Assembly: GCF_964194025.1 (NCBI RefSeq)
Contig: NC_134478.1
Coordinates: forward strand, 30,380,001-30,444,000
Direction of reading: 5' to 3'
From: Convolutriloba macropyga
Lineage: Eukaryota
DNA length: 64,000 nt
Below are positions 13,883-27,452 of the stretch, one piece after another. Position numbers and translations under genes: made by a program. The notes below the pieces were generated by a model, which saw only the letters and a program-made list of their open reading frames with translations, was not told where the DNA came from and ran no database searches. The number at the start of each line of letters is the position of its first letter. The stretch's first letter is position 1.

Positions 13883-16580
13883 TAAGAAAGGTTAACAGAG
13901 TTTGTTAAATAGTTCGAACACGCATTTCAAAACTTTGCCAACATACATTTATCACATCACTTCAGGTTTTGTATTTTTTCATTATATGGCAAACGATTTC
14001 GTGTTCTTTCAGAAAAAAAAATCAACTGCAACTTTCTCTTGGCGTAATTTTGCTACACCTACATCAACTACCCACCTTAATGAGAGCTGTGATGGATCTC
14101 TTTGGCAAACTAAACTAAAATTATTGCAAGGTCTTCTGACATAAAGAGGGCGCTATCATCATAAATTTTAAGAGGATGACTCGTGCGAGTCTGTGCGTTG
14201 CACAGGAAGTTACAATATAGTCAACGAAAAAAAAAAACAGAAATGATCTAAGCCATTGCTGCCAAAAAAGTGCACTATTAGCTTAAAAATGATCTAAGCA
14301 AAAAGTGCAAAGATGAAATAATGAATAAACAAAAGTTCATTCGGAAACTTTTCGGAACACTTTCTTAACCGGTAGCGGAACTTAACGCAATTTTCTTCCA
14401 TATAGTGATTTAAGATGCGCTTACACTTATTCATTTAATGCTATTGGAACTTGAAATGTTCTCTCCACTTTAAATTGGTCCACTTACAGTCAAATTAGGA
14501 TTTCAAAACATCTTTCAACGACTTTAATTCTTTTTCAAGACGAATTTGAAGAAAATTGAACAGGATTTTTTCGACTTTTCTTCAATTTGTCTTCTGATTT
14601 CTGTATAGTTATCTTATTGAAACCACCTGCTTGCAGTTTAGCCAACTTGATGCTCTGAAGTCAAATCGAATAATTCATTGGGCTTAGTTTCTTATAACTG
14701 AAGCTTGTCATCATTTTCAATCATTTATTACCTTTTGTTTATTGTGATAGTTCTCTCCGCTTTGTGTCTCCTTGTAATGAGAAAACATTCAATTTCGAAA
14801 TTTTCATTACAAACTTGTAGCGGAATGTTTGCTTCGTTGGAGTTTGTAGATAGTTCCAAACTAAAATGTTTTAATCTCAAAATTTGAAAAACGTATCTTC
14901 AATTTAGCCGTCTCTAATTTTAATTATTGATCAAAAATATAAATGTGAGACAATCTAATTTTTAAATTAAGATTATATTTTTCAAACGTTTGGTGTCGTC
15001 ATATTGCCTGCACTTTTCGAACGTAAGAGGTAACTAATTTTTATCTTTATCTATTTAGTTTGCTAAAATTAACCCACTGACCCTTCTTGATATTATTCTT
15101 CAATTCTTAATTTGAAAAAATGACCTATTTTTCTCAAAAGACTCTGGGTTCAATTTGTCATTAATGATGCAAATAGCTCCAGCAAGATTTCAAAAAAAAC
15201 ATTAAATGCGCAAGTGTTTCATGATATGTTACCAATGTCAAGGGTAAACAATTTCGTTAAAAAACGAAAAACGCACAACATTGGCAAAACTTCAAAAAAA
15301 CTGACACTCTAGCCTCAAATTACTGCTTTTCTTTCAACTTCACTCGATTTAACACTGCTCTGAGTTACCATTTTGAGTCCTTTAGGCCCAAAGAGAGATG
15401 CAAAGACAAAATCATTAAAAATGAAAATTTTACAACCATTACTTTTAATTTAATTTAAATCTTATTTACTTTTAATTTAAATCTAATTTATTCAAGACCA
15501 ACTATTTCTTGCAACAACTCACAAAAAGGCAGGACAAAAGTCTAGCAGGAAAACAGCTTGTCATATAGGAGATAAAATAAACGACTAGCGACGAGCGAAT
15601 TGCTCTCAAACTTCTATGAAAAGTCAAATGTGCCAGACAAAATATCATTCCAGCGAAAAATTAAAAAGAAAACAGGACCATTATAATTTCTACAAAATGC
15701 GTGTGAGAGCAATCAATCATCACTACACACTCCTTAAACGGTCAATAAACACCTCATCAACGAAACAAAATCAAAGAACTATCGCGGACATTATCAAATT
15801 TATTACATTATTAGCAAAAATATCAAATTTGTTGGAAGAAGCGGTGTTGGTTGTATGTTTATGCAGTGAGAGAGAGAGAGAGGGAGGGGGTAAAATTGGT
15901 AAGTTTTCATGTATTCGAACTTTAAACTAAATAAGCTTTCTTATGATAAAACTCTTTTCTACAAAGCGCAGTTTTTGATTTTGGCTGGGAAAAAATCGGC
16001 CAGCATTATAGTTCCTTATAATTTCATTTAAAATGTTGGGATAACAAGGTGTAGGTTAAGCAATCTTTTACAGAAAGACGGGGGACTAACAATGCCCAAT
16101 ACTTAACGCCCAGTTTTTCAAAGAGCATTTTTCAACTTAACTCCACTTATCTAAAAGCATTGAAATGCACTCTCAAGTTCCACGGAAATCAATACCAGGA
16201 AGCCTGTTCAGTAAGGACAGGAAAACATTCCCCTAAACTTTCTGAATTCAACACTGCAAACAAACTCATGGTTCGAATTATCAATTTTCAGTTATATGAC
16301 CGCAGAGGTTAATACGAGAGAAATCGTAAATGGAACTTATGAAAATCCTAAAACGAGCTTCACTGGAACTTATGATACGAAAACAAATCGTTTGCAACTT
16401 CTCTTGCGTAACGAAAACTTTCTAATGCTCTTATTCTCTGAGTATCACAATAACTTCAGCAAAAAATTGTTTCGCATTAAAATTTGCAAAAATTTCATTT
16501 GCATGAGCTAAACATCATATTTCAGCAGTTTTACAAAATCGAAAAAATTCAGAAATTTTAAGATTTCTCGTGTTGATCAT

Positions 16581-19500
16581 TGTTCCGACCCCACTTGTGG
16601 GGGGAGGAACTATATACTCAAATGGGTTTTTTTGTTCAGACAATTTTGGCCGATCGATATGTTCATTGTAGAGAAATTTGAGTGGTATCATTAAAAAGCT
16701 CGTCCAGTGTAGAATTCAAAACCAAAAAGATTTTTTTGAATTTCGGATTTTTCGAGGAGTTATCGAGGATTGAAGTTTTGTGTGAACACTGGATATTTAG
16801 CATGATGTTTAGTGTAATTTTTCTTCAAATTAAGATCTTTTTTATAAGAAAATTAATTCAAAATTACATTTCACGCCACAAAATGTATCATTTTTGAGGT
16901 TCTTATAGACGAAAAGCGATAAACAGTTTAGTTCTAGTCTCAGAGCGAAGTTCAATATCAAAACAATTCGAATTTAATTGAGAGCTTTTTTTTTAGAAAA
17001 CTTTTCATTTTTTTGTTTTCTTAAATCACCTAGAGACTAGTCACTTTTCATATCGAGGTTCCGTTATTGACAAAATTGATTTACAGTCAAGTGAAGCACA
17101 ATGAACAAAAAAAGTTGTTCTCAAGAAAGCGCTCGTGTTTTTTTTTGCTACGACACTGACTTCGTAATTTTAACGAAATTTTGATTTTCTTTTTGAAGTT
17201 TTACTAATTCTTTGGAGTCTTATGGTATAGACTCGTTGACTAAAATTGCAATAGGTTCCGTAGCGAGCACTAAGTTAACCTATCTGGTGCTTTGAGCGGA
17301 CAGCTAATAACTGTTGAAACTAAAGGCTGCTAATGATTTTTAGAAAAAATTTCAATATTAACATAGAAAAAACTTATTTTCGAGAATTGTAAGTCAATCT
17401 TAGTAATGACAGGAACCCCTTCCTTTCTAATAGAACCAAAATTAAAATGGTTAGCGGTTTTATCTTCTACCTATTGGTTATATGACTTCAATTCCACGAG
17501 ATTTCAAAAAAAAATTTAAAAAAATTTGATATTCACATATTATTGGTACCTCTTGAAATCTTGTCGCATTATCCTGATATTGATAGCTGTGAATGACTTA
17601 GAGAAGACGTTCAGTGGGTTATAGATAAAGTTTTCAGAGAAAAGCTAAGGGTTTAAATGGCTTCGACACTTTCTTGCATTTCTCTACTTCATTTGGTTTT
17701 TGCCTGTATTTGTTGTTGTTTCCATAGTCATAAGACCTATTCTGATGTCTTATTGTTTGCCTACGCATGAAAAATATCCTTTTCTTCACATTGAGGCATA
17801 ACTGAGCTTATTTTTTGATTTCCGTTGAAAACTTTCGAATTTAATGGCTGTTAAGGCTTTAAAAATAATTTTTCGAATTTTTTTTTTTGAAACTTTTCGA
17901 ATTTTTCTTGAAACAAATCTTAAATTTATTTTCGTGAACTGTAAGTCAGTTTCAGTAATGGCTGGACCCCTTCTTTTCTGCTTCAGCCAAAATTAATCTA
18001 GTTAACGGTTTTATCTTCTAACTATTCGTTCTTTGACTTCGATGCACGAGTTTTCATAATTTTTTTTAATTTTTGGAGTTTTTTTCGTAATTTTGTTTCC
18101 CTTTGAAATCTTAAAACATTGTCCTTATAAACATAGTTCCCATTGGTTTAGTGGAGTATTTCAATGGATCAGAGACAAAGTTTTCATGGAAAAACTTATG
18201 TTTTAAATGGCTTCGACACTTTCTTCTCGCACTTTTCTACTGAATGTTTGGATTTTGCCTGTATTTGTTGTTTTCATAGTCATTGACTTTTTGTAATGTT
18301 TTATTGACGATTTATGATTGAAAAACATCTTTGTCGTCTCATAGAGGCATAACTTAGCGAATTTATTAGCTTCCGTTCAAAGCTATTGACGTTAATGTCT
18401 TTGATACTAAGGGTTTTCTCAAAAATTTAGTGATTTTCAATGTATTTGTTCATATTTTGTTGATTTTTTACAGTCAAATTGTCAAAAAAAAACAAAATCC
18501 CATTGCTGTTAAAACATTATTCAACAATGATCATATTTTAACAGCTTCGACACTTTTCTCGCCCACTTTGTTTTTGAATTTGCTGCTTTTGCCTGTTTTT
18601 TATTCTTTAGGGAGCCGTAAAATGCTAACCGGTCTCAGAAGCTTGTAATTGAGAATTGAATGAATTTGTGTTACCCGAAGCACTCCGTTTATAGCGAATA
18701 GTCTTGAAGTGTATGATATTATACGTTTTCAATGATTTTTCAATTTCTTCAGTTTTTGTTCTGTTCGTCAACTTGTAACTTATTCTCATCATTGAGAGGT
18801 ACCATCCAATTCCTTGTATTTTAAAAACTAACATGTTTACTGATATTATGTCGTAATTGATGTTTTGATTGTTGTCTCAGAAGCTTGTAATTGAGGAGTG
18901 ACAGAATGAGGTTACCCAAAGCAGTCAGTTTACAGCGAACAGTATTAAAGTTTATGATAATACACATTTCTTATGATTTTTCAATTTTTTCCGTTTTTGT
19001 TGTTCTTTTCGTCAACTTGTAAATTGTTCTCATCATTGAGAGGTCCTATCCAATCCCGTGTACTTCAAAAATTAACACTTCTACTGGTATCATGTCGTAA
19101 CTGATGTATTGTTTGTTGAACAATATGCGTTTTCATAAAAGTTTTGAGGGTGGTGTATGTGCACTTTTTTTTCTCTTCCTTTACCACATTCGCGTAATAA
19201 CAGATCCCAATGATTTTCAAATGTGACCTAATTGAACTTATTTATTCTTTCAGTATAGTTTCAGTTGGATTAGTATATATACAATTGAACTAAAAATACA
19301 TAATATTCAGATAATAGCTAATGATTTGAAATCATTAGCTATTATCTGAATATCATGTATTTTAATTCAAGTTGTATTTATACTAATCCAGCTGAAACCA
19401 TACAGAAAGAAGAATTAAGTTCAATTGAGCCACATTTTAAAATCATTGGGATCTGTTAACACGCGAATGTGCAAAAACAAGAGAAAAAAAACACAAATAC

Positions 19501-20153
19501 ACAACTCACAAAACTTTTTTTGAAAAATCATATTGTCCAACAGACAAAACATCGGTTTTCGCAATGTTTTTAATTTGTTGTTCGTAATTTTCTGCATCTT
19601 TAGTCCATTCCTAGGTCTTAGTCTAATCAAATACAGGTCCTATTGGGTTCATATTTTTTTAAGTAAATTTATCAAGAATTATTTCGTTAAAAGCTAATGA
19701 TTTTTAAGACATTTGAAATTATTTGGTTGATTGATCTTTGATTTCCCCTCATTATTGCTCCTTTTGGTCGACTTGTTACCTAGTCTCATTAAGGAAAAAT
19801 TCCAACTGTTGTGTAGTTAGGAAAAAGTAAATTCTTGTAGTTAGGGTTATATGTGATTGTAATTTGACGTTGTTACTAGGTGCTTTCAAATTTTAGATAT
19901 TGATTTTTTGCCGTAAAATTTTTGTTTTTGCTTTTTGTTGTTGTTTTTCTTGTAGTCTTTTCAATGGCAGATCTCGCTGTAATGAGGCATGGCATTATGT
20001 AATTCAATTATTAGTTTGGCTGTGTAACAATTTTTTAAAACTCAAATATCTATTTTTGATTATCTCTTCATTTGGTTGACAGTTAACTGAAAAATGTAGA
20101 TGAGAGCGGGTCGGACCATCTTGTGCGAACGCATATTAACGAGCCTCCTTGCT
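16581..20153 (+). mobile_element. HINE/DINE-1-like family B, full-length ~3.6 kb with internal repeats and a long foldback
   Basis: 5' subTIR TGTTCCGACCC with adjacent hairpin closing in GGAAC (16581-16610); 3' subTIR GGGTCGGACCA (20108), hairpin TGTGCGAACGCATA, terminal CTTGCT; no TSD. Confidence 0.75.
19100..19560. repeat. Long imperfect inverted repeat (foldback), ~230-bp arms, centre 19328
   Basis: Perfect core ATATTCAGATAATAGCTAATGATTT-G-AAATCATTAGCTATTATCTGAATAT; arms remain complementary out to AACAATATG../..CATATTGTCC. Confidence 0.9.
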
Positions 20154-21877
20154 AACTTCTCATTTCGTTTAGGTAATTGATGGCCTCATTACGATTCTAC
20201 CACCAAAAATTTATTGCCCGTCTCAACATAGTCTTTGGTCGACCTTCATCTGACAGGCACTTTTCAGAGTAATTCCTGAAAATATTCTGCTCTGTTAACT
20301 GAGGCTGGGTAGTTCATGTATCAATATACTCGCATTTGAATTATTTAGCTGATGCTGATGAGTTAGATAAAAATGTTATTTTTTTTAAAAAATGTGTATA
20401 TCTTCAAAGCACGTAAGCGCACAGCACATATATAATCCGAGAAATTCATAAGTGATATCACGTGACGCCCATTGCATGGAATATAAAGCCAAAATGTTTT
20501 GCAATTTTGCTTTCTATGGAAAGCTATGAGTGAACAAAATATCCGTCGCTCCTAAAATGAAAACAGACTTTCCAAAGTCAATTTTGTTGCAAGAGGATAA
20601 CAGTTTCTGACTCTTTGCCAGTACTTCTGAAGTTTTCTTCTATAAAATGTCTAATTAAAACATCTAAAATTTTACACATCTCCTCATTTAAGATATTAAA
20701 AGTAGCTCGAATTAATTTACATTTCACAGTTGCCTCTCCAATACCATACATTAGTTTAGAGTTAAAAATCTTAACGATGAAAGAACAGAAAATTCTAAAA
20801 TTATTTTGCAAAAATTCTTTTTATCTCGGAGCATTTCGAACAGTTGATGCTTAAAAAAAGAAAAAGTTGCCAACAAATGCTCCAAAAAGATTATCACAAT
20901 TATTAATTAAAATGCTGTAACCTTTCAGTTATAACTGAATTACTTACTGGTTATATCACTTCAATTCCACGAGATTTCAAAAAAAAAATTTTTAAATTTG
21001 ATATTCTCATATTATTGGTACCTCTTGAAATCTTATCGCATTATCCTGATATTGATAGCTGTGAATGACTTAGAGAAGACTTTCAGTGGGTTATAGATAA
21101 AGTTTTCAGAGAAAAGCTAAGGGTTTAAATGGCTTCGACACTTTCTTGCATTTCTCTACTAAATTTGGTTTTTGCCTGTATTTGTTGTTGTTTCCATAGT
21201 CATAAGACCTTTTCTGATGTCTTATTGTTTGCCTACGCATGAAAAATATCCTTTTCTTCACATTGAGGCATAACTGAGCTTATTTTTGATTTCCGTTGAA
21301 AACTCTTGAATTTAATGGCTGTTAAGACTTTAAAAATAATTTTTCGAATTTTTTTTTGAAAATTAAATCTTTTGCTTTTTTTTATTCTTTAGGTAGCCGT
21401 AAAATGCTAACCGGTCTCAGAAGCTTGTAATTGAGGATTGAATGAATTTGTGATACCCGAAGCACTCCGTTTATAGCGAATAGTCTTGAAGTGTATGATA
21501 TTATACATTTTCAATGATTTTTCAATTTCTTCAGTTTTTGTTCTTTTTGTTAACTTGTAATTTATTCTCATCATTGAGAGGTACCATCCAATTCCTTGTA
21601 TTTTAAAAACTAAAATGTTTACTGATATTATGTCGTAATTCATGTTTTGATTGTTGTCTCAGAAGCTTGTAATTGAGGAATGACAGAATGATGTTACCCA
21701 AAGCAGTCAGTTTATAGCGAACAGTCTTAAAGTTTATGATAATACACATTTTTAATGATTTTTCAAACTTTTCGTTTTTGTTGTTCTTTTCGTCAACTTG
21801 TAAATTGTTCATCATTGAGAGGTCCCATCCAATTCCTTGTACTTCAAAACTTAACATTTCTACTGGTATTATGTCGT

Positions 21878-22330
21878 AACTGATGTATTGTTTGTTGAAC
21901 AATATGCGTTTTCATAAAAGTTTTGTGGGTGGTGTATTTGCGCTTCTTTTTCGCTTCCTTTAGCACATTCGCGTAAAAACAGATCCCAATGATTTTCAAA
22001 TGTGGCCTAATTGAACTTATTTTTTCAGTATAGTTTCAGCTGGATTACTATAAATACAATTGAAATGAAAATACATAATATTCAGATAATAGCTAATGAT
22101 TTGAAATCATTAGCTATTATCTGAATATCATGTATTTTAATTCAAGTTGTATTTATACTAATCCAGCTGAAACCATACAGAAAGAAGAATTAAGTTCAAT
22201 TGAGCCACATTTTAAAATCATTGGGATCTGTTAACACGCGAATGTGCTAAAGCAAGAGAAAAAAAACAAATACACCACTCACAAAACCTTTTTTTGAAAA
22301 ATCATATTGTCCAAGAGACAAAACATCGTT
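21878..22330. repeat. Second copy of the long foldback, centre 22103
   Basis: Same palindromic core, offset 2775 bp from the first copy. Confidence 0.9.
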
Positions 22331-24680
22331 TTCCGCAATGTTTTTAATTTGTTGTTCGTAATTTTCTGCATCTGTAGTCCATTCCTAGGTCTTAGTTTAA
22401 CCAAATACAGGTCCTATTGGTTTCATATTTTTTTAGTAAATTTATCAAGAATTATTTCGTTAAAAGCTAATGATTTTTAAGACATTTGAAGTCATTTGCT
22501 TTCAAAAATGTTGATTGATCTTTGATTTCCCCTCATTATTGCTCCTTTTGATCGACTTGTTACCTAGTCTCATTAAGGAAAAATTCCATCTGTTGTGTAG
22601 TTAGGAAAAAGTAAATTCTTGTAGTTAGGGTTATATGTGATTGTAATTTGACATTGTTACTAGGTGCTTTCAAATTTAGATATCGATTTTTTGCCATAAA
22701 ATTTTCGTTTTTGCTTTTTTTGTTGTTGTTGTTTTTCTTGTAGTCTTTTTAATGGCAGATCTCGCTGTAATGAGGCATGCCATTATGTAATTCAATTATT
22801 AGTTTGACTGTGTAACAATTTTTTTAAACTAAAATATCTATTTTTGATTATCTCTTCATTTGGTTGACAGTTAACTCAAAAATGTAGATGAGAGCGGGTC
22901 AGAACATCTTGTGCGAACGCACATTAACGAGCCTCCTTGTTAAATTCTCATTTCGTTTAGGTAATTGATGGCCTCATTACGATTCTACCACCAAAAATTT
23001 ACTGCCCGTCTCAACATAGTCTTTGGTCGACCTTTATCTGACAGGCACTTTTCAGAGTAATTCCTGAAAATATTGTGCTCTGTTAACTGAGGCTGGGTAG
23101 TTCATGTTTCAATATACTCGTATTTGAAAATAATTGTTCATATACGATTGGTATGTTGTTTGAGAAAAATCTTTGAAAAAGTAAGGAAAAATCACTGGAA
23201 ATTCTTAGAACCAAAAAAATTTAAGGCAATTTTCTAATTCTGAAAATTGTCTTAGCTGAAGTAATTACTAACTGAAATTGATTTATTTAGCTGATGCTGA
23301 TGAGTTAGTTAAAAATGTTATTTTTGATTAAAAATGTGTATATCTTCACAGCACGTAAGCGCACAGCACATATATAATCCCAGAAATTCATAAGTGATAT
23401 CACGTGAAGCCCTTTACATGGAATATAAAGCCAAAATGTTTTGCAATTTTGCGTTCTATGGAAAGCTATGAGTGCACAATATATCCGTCGCTCCTAAAAA
23501 TGATAAACAGACTTTCCAAAGTCTATTTCGTTGCAAGAGGATAACAGTTTCTGACTCTTTGCCAGTACTTCTGAAGTTTTCTTCTATAACATGTCTAACT
23601 AAAACATCTAAAATTTTACACATCTCCTCATTTAAGATATTAAAAGTAGCTCGAATTAATTTACATTTCACAGTTGCCACTCCAATACTATACATTAGTT
23701 TAGAGTTAAAAATCTTAACGATGAAAGAACAGAAAAATCTACAATTATTTTGCAAAAATTCTTTTTATCTCGGAGCATTTCGGAACAGTTGATGCTTAAA
23801 AAAACAAGTTGCCAACAAATGCTCCAAAAAGATTATCAAAATTATTAATTAAAATGCTGTAACCTTTCAGTTATAACTGAATTACTTCCAGCTCAGCAAG
23901 TAACATCAGGAGTCTAATTATTTTTACACGTAATAGTATAGGGAGCCTTCGAAGTTAATCGGCCCATACTGACAACTGTCACTTTAGCATTCGGTCAAGT
24001 CGGTGCTAGGAAAACTGACCGACATGGAGTTAAGCCGACAAGGAGCAAATATCATATGAGAAATTTAGCCGACAATTTCTTAATGGTCAAAGCATTTCAT
24101 TGGTGAGTAAATCAATAGCTCAGTGGACCATTATCGTTGTTGTGCGGTCAAGTGGCGCTCCATTCGGTCTCTGTTTTGCCACACCCGCGCCCTCCCCCTG
24201 TCGGGGCGAGAAGGGAGGGTGCAACCTAGGATAGACATTCGTACGCTAGTTGATAAAATCTTGCCGTTTATTTTGTCCGCCTACAAATGCCGTTTTTAAT
24301 TGGTCAGAATGAATCTATTTGATCATATCACGTGAGTTGTCGGCTAAATTAATTTTTTGGCCGGCAGACTCTAACATCAACGAAAATTTGTACAAAAAAA
24401 CGGCGTTAAATTCGTAAATTCAATAAACTATCAATTAAACAGATTATTGTTTGTAAAATCAATTGGACCTGTAATCACTGCATTTAAAAGATGAGACATC
24501 GAAAATCAACAATGCTAAAACAATCATAAACTATCGTCTGGAAACATTAGATAGGATTTCTCCATGTCTCATTAGAAAACCAATGGGAACTGTCAGCAAG
24601 GAGGCTAAGGCAAGACAAAAAAACGTCGAAACTCAATTAAGTGATAAAACCATTAGCTGTCCATTGACGGAATAAAAAAA

Positions 24681-25191
24681 CATAGCTAGCAAATTGCCAG
24701 AAAATAGCCGCAATAGCGTCATATCTCTGTAGTCTCAAAAAGAAGGTAAAAAAGACAGACCAAACAAGAAACTTATTCTTTTCATTAAGCTCTGAGACGT
24801 TAAATTTCGATTTGAAATCTATATAATTTATTGCTGTTTCTATTTGCTGCTCTTAAATAGCCTTCAATTAGAGTGACAAGCACTCATTTGACCTTATCTC
24901 TTTGAATTAAAGCAAAAAAGTCAATTTTAGAGTGAGGAAGTCATTTTTAAGAGTGAGGTAAGTCACGTGTGATCAGAAATTTAATCACGCAAATGAAAAA
25001 ACTCGCTCCACTAAGAGTGAAAAATGACGTCACGCACGCAAATCAGTTGAAATTGTATGCACGAATGAACAAAAAGCAGATTTGACGTGGTTGTGACGTC
25101 ATATGGTCGTAACAAAAATCATGACGACGAAATAAATAAAAAACCAAGAGAAGGCCAATCATAGCCTCAGCTATCGCTTCGCGGCTATTAA
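24681..25191 (-). mobile_element. HINE family A, internally deleted copy with both termini (~510 bp)
   Basis: CATAGCTAGCAAATTGCCAGAAAATAGCCGC at 24681 and ATAGCCTCAGCTATCGCTTCGCGGCTATTAA at 25161-25191 (subTIR AATAGCCGC/GCGGCTATT). Confidence 0.75.
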
Positions 25192-26654
25192 AAATCAGAA
25201 ATGCATCAGCAGAAAAGCATATTAAAATATATAACTTCAACAACATTCACGAAAAAGTGAAAAAACAACAGAGAAATTGGCGCACCTGGCAGCAATTCCC
25301 GCTGAAATACCAAACAAATGTTCAAACGGGAAATTTTCACTCAGTTAGAAGCAGCTTGAAAATTACAGCTAAGAAAATTAGCAGCTCTAAAACACTCACT
25401 TTTTGTTCCCCTAAAACACTCCAGCATGACTGAAATCACCACTCCAATTTATTTGAGTTCTTATTGGCAAATCTTAAAAATATGTGAACAGATATTAAAA
25501 CAGACAGTAAACACAATCAAGCAAATAACAGCCTCGCTATCGTTTCGCTGCTATTAAAGAGAAACATAACCGGAAAACTGGTAAATTGATTGAAATTTCA
25601 CTGCAATTCAAAAGAAAATAATCACTTGAGAAGTTCGATACTCAAAGAAACTGTCCTTTATTATATAATTTTGAATAGAGAATCAAAATTTTAATTATGA
25701 TTCGAGGCCATTTTTCTGACAATAGTCGTGTGACACAGTTGCAGTTCAATCGATGATTTACAACAGGACAAGTAATATAGAAACCGATACATACTAAAAA
25801 CAAATGAGAAAAGAGTAACGGAGAACAAAAAAATATATTCAAGAAACAAGTAGCGAAACAAGTTCACAATTATTTATGATAACCCGTGGTATTATCACTT
25901 CTGATCGATCATTGGTTTTTCAGCAGACATAATACACTCTGGGAAACAACGAAGACCAGAACGTCAACAACAGCCCATACAATGGTTCTAGATAAAAATT
26001 TTCCGAAAAAAATGCTTTAAAAAGCAGGAACAGAAGGCAGAATAGATTTAAAAAAAAGACAAAAAACACCAATTGACTAAAATTTATCACATCCCTGTGA
26101 TTAATCACTTACCCACATACTCCTGGCAGGGTGTCAAAACTTGAGAAAATTGCTATGGAGCGTCTAAAACTTCAAAATACAAAAAGCTAGCTGCATATTG
26201 CACCTTTAGGTCTTGAAAGGTTTAAAATGATCAAAAGGCCAAGTTCAACTTTTGCCGAGGTTATATTAAAAACAAAACCCTACTTTTCTTGCTCTCTCGT
26301 GAAGAAAAAAACGCCGTTTTTCTCGATCTCTTCTCTGCTTTCGACTCGTTTTCGGCAGACTGAACCACTCGTTTTCAAGTGCGGCATTAAATTTAACACC
26401 ATGTTCCGCTGACACTCCATCGATTTAATAAATCTAAGATAACCATCACTTGGAGTCGCAAAAATTTAAGTCGTCAGATTTTTAAAAAGACAGAGCAGCA
26501 ATACATTAAAAAGTTGATTACATTAGGAAAAGCCCTAGCTCTCGTTGCGTGGCTAATATATATAATCGACTAGCTTAGAAAGAATTGCTCTCAAACAAGT
26601 GGTTGCAGGTTCGATTCTATCATAGCCTGCTTCATTTTGGGTTACACGGGGAGC

Positions 26655-26765
26655 TTGCGGCTTCATTAAAGTTCACAAAAGAGCTTCAAATGACGTCAAT
26701 AAATATTGATGATTGTCTATAGTAACACCTAGTGATGTCATTTGAAGCACTTTTGTCAACTTGAG
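26655..26765. repeat. Short foldback (~30-bp arms)
   Basis: AAGTTCACAAAAGAGCTTCAAATGACGTCA ... TGATGTCATTTGAAGCACTTTTGTCAACTT. Confidence 0.7.
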
Positions 26766-26814
26766 TGAACCCGAAAGCTTTCAAACTTAAGTGAACCCGC
26801 AAATTCGCTTTCTC

Positions 26815-27125
26815 GGTTGTAGTTTTCTTTGTTCACATGCGGTAATTGGACTTCGATTTCTATTGGTTGATTTTTCATTTGCAGTTTTTCTAAATATTTT
26901 TTCCAATCCATTCATAGTCCATTCTAGTTTTCCGATTACTCAAGGAAAATTCTTTGAATTGTTTCAAGACTTGTCCTTCTATGTTTCTTTCGTGAATGTT
27001 TGTTAAGACCGTATGACCTCGCGCTGGCTGCAAATCAGGGATCGTTCGTACGTTAATGAAATTTTTCAACTGCTATGCGTGCTTGACGACATTTTTTATT
27101 TCTGTTGGAGGGAGAGCAAACTTAA
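26815..27125 (-). repeat. Inverted copy of the repeat at ~28555-28870 and ~30295-30605 (family A-related core)
   Basis: GGAAAATTCTTTGAATTGTTTCAAGACTTGTCCTTCTATGTTT is the reverse complement of 28697-28740. Confidence 0.8.
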
Positions 27126-27168
27126 AGTGTGAGCTATTGGATAAATCATGGGTCACACGTCACTTTCC

Positions 27169-27452
27169 TGTTTCGAATTTTCGAGCCACTTATGTTCCTC
27201 ACTTTTTGTGTTGAGTGATCTAAGCTGCTCTCAAAATCGCAATTTTAAACAACTAATCCCAATTTGCGGCAGTTTACTTCCAATAATCAAATATTAAGAG
27301 CGACCATTTCATATAATTTTTTCCAACTTGTAGATTCTGATGATGGTCTATAGAAACACCTAAAGTTGCAAAAAATTGCGATTGAGCGAACAGCTTAGAT
27401 CACACAACACAAAAAGTGATGAACGTTAAAGTCGCTCGAAAAATTCGAAACA
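27169..27452. repeat. MITE-like foldback with ~95-bp imperfect arms
   Basis: TGTTTCGAATTTTCGAGC..CACTTTTTGTGTTGAGTGATCTAAGCTG pairs with CAGCTTAGATCACACAACACAAAAAGTG..GCTCGAAAAATTCGAAACA. Confidence 0.75.

Larger units (their letters stand above)
17475..23886 (+). repeat. Tandem segmental duplication (unit 1 ~17475-20945; unit 2 ~20946-23886)
   Basis: Both units start TGGTTATAT.ACTTCAATTCCACGAG and end TTATAACTGAATTACTT; duplicated ORFs in the track (18625/21407, 20578/23456). Unit 2 lacks ~17895-18585 and has ~155 extra bp at ~23128-23283. Confidence 0.9.

Noticed and set aside
20578-20854. Overlapping ORFs on both strands, repeated at 23456-23792
   Set aside because: Recurrence is explained by the tandem duplication; no recognisable domain.
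26567-26628. tRNA-like sequence (GCAGGTTCGATTCT B-box)
   Set aside because: No acceptor or anticodon stems can be formed; at most a decayed SINE/tRNA fragment.
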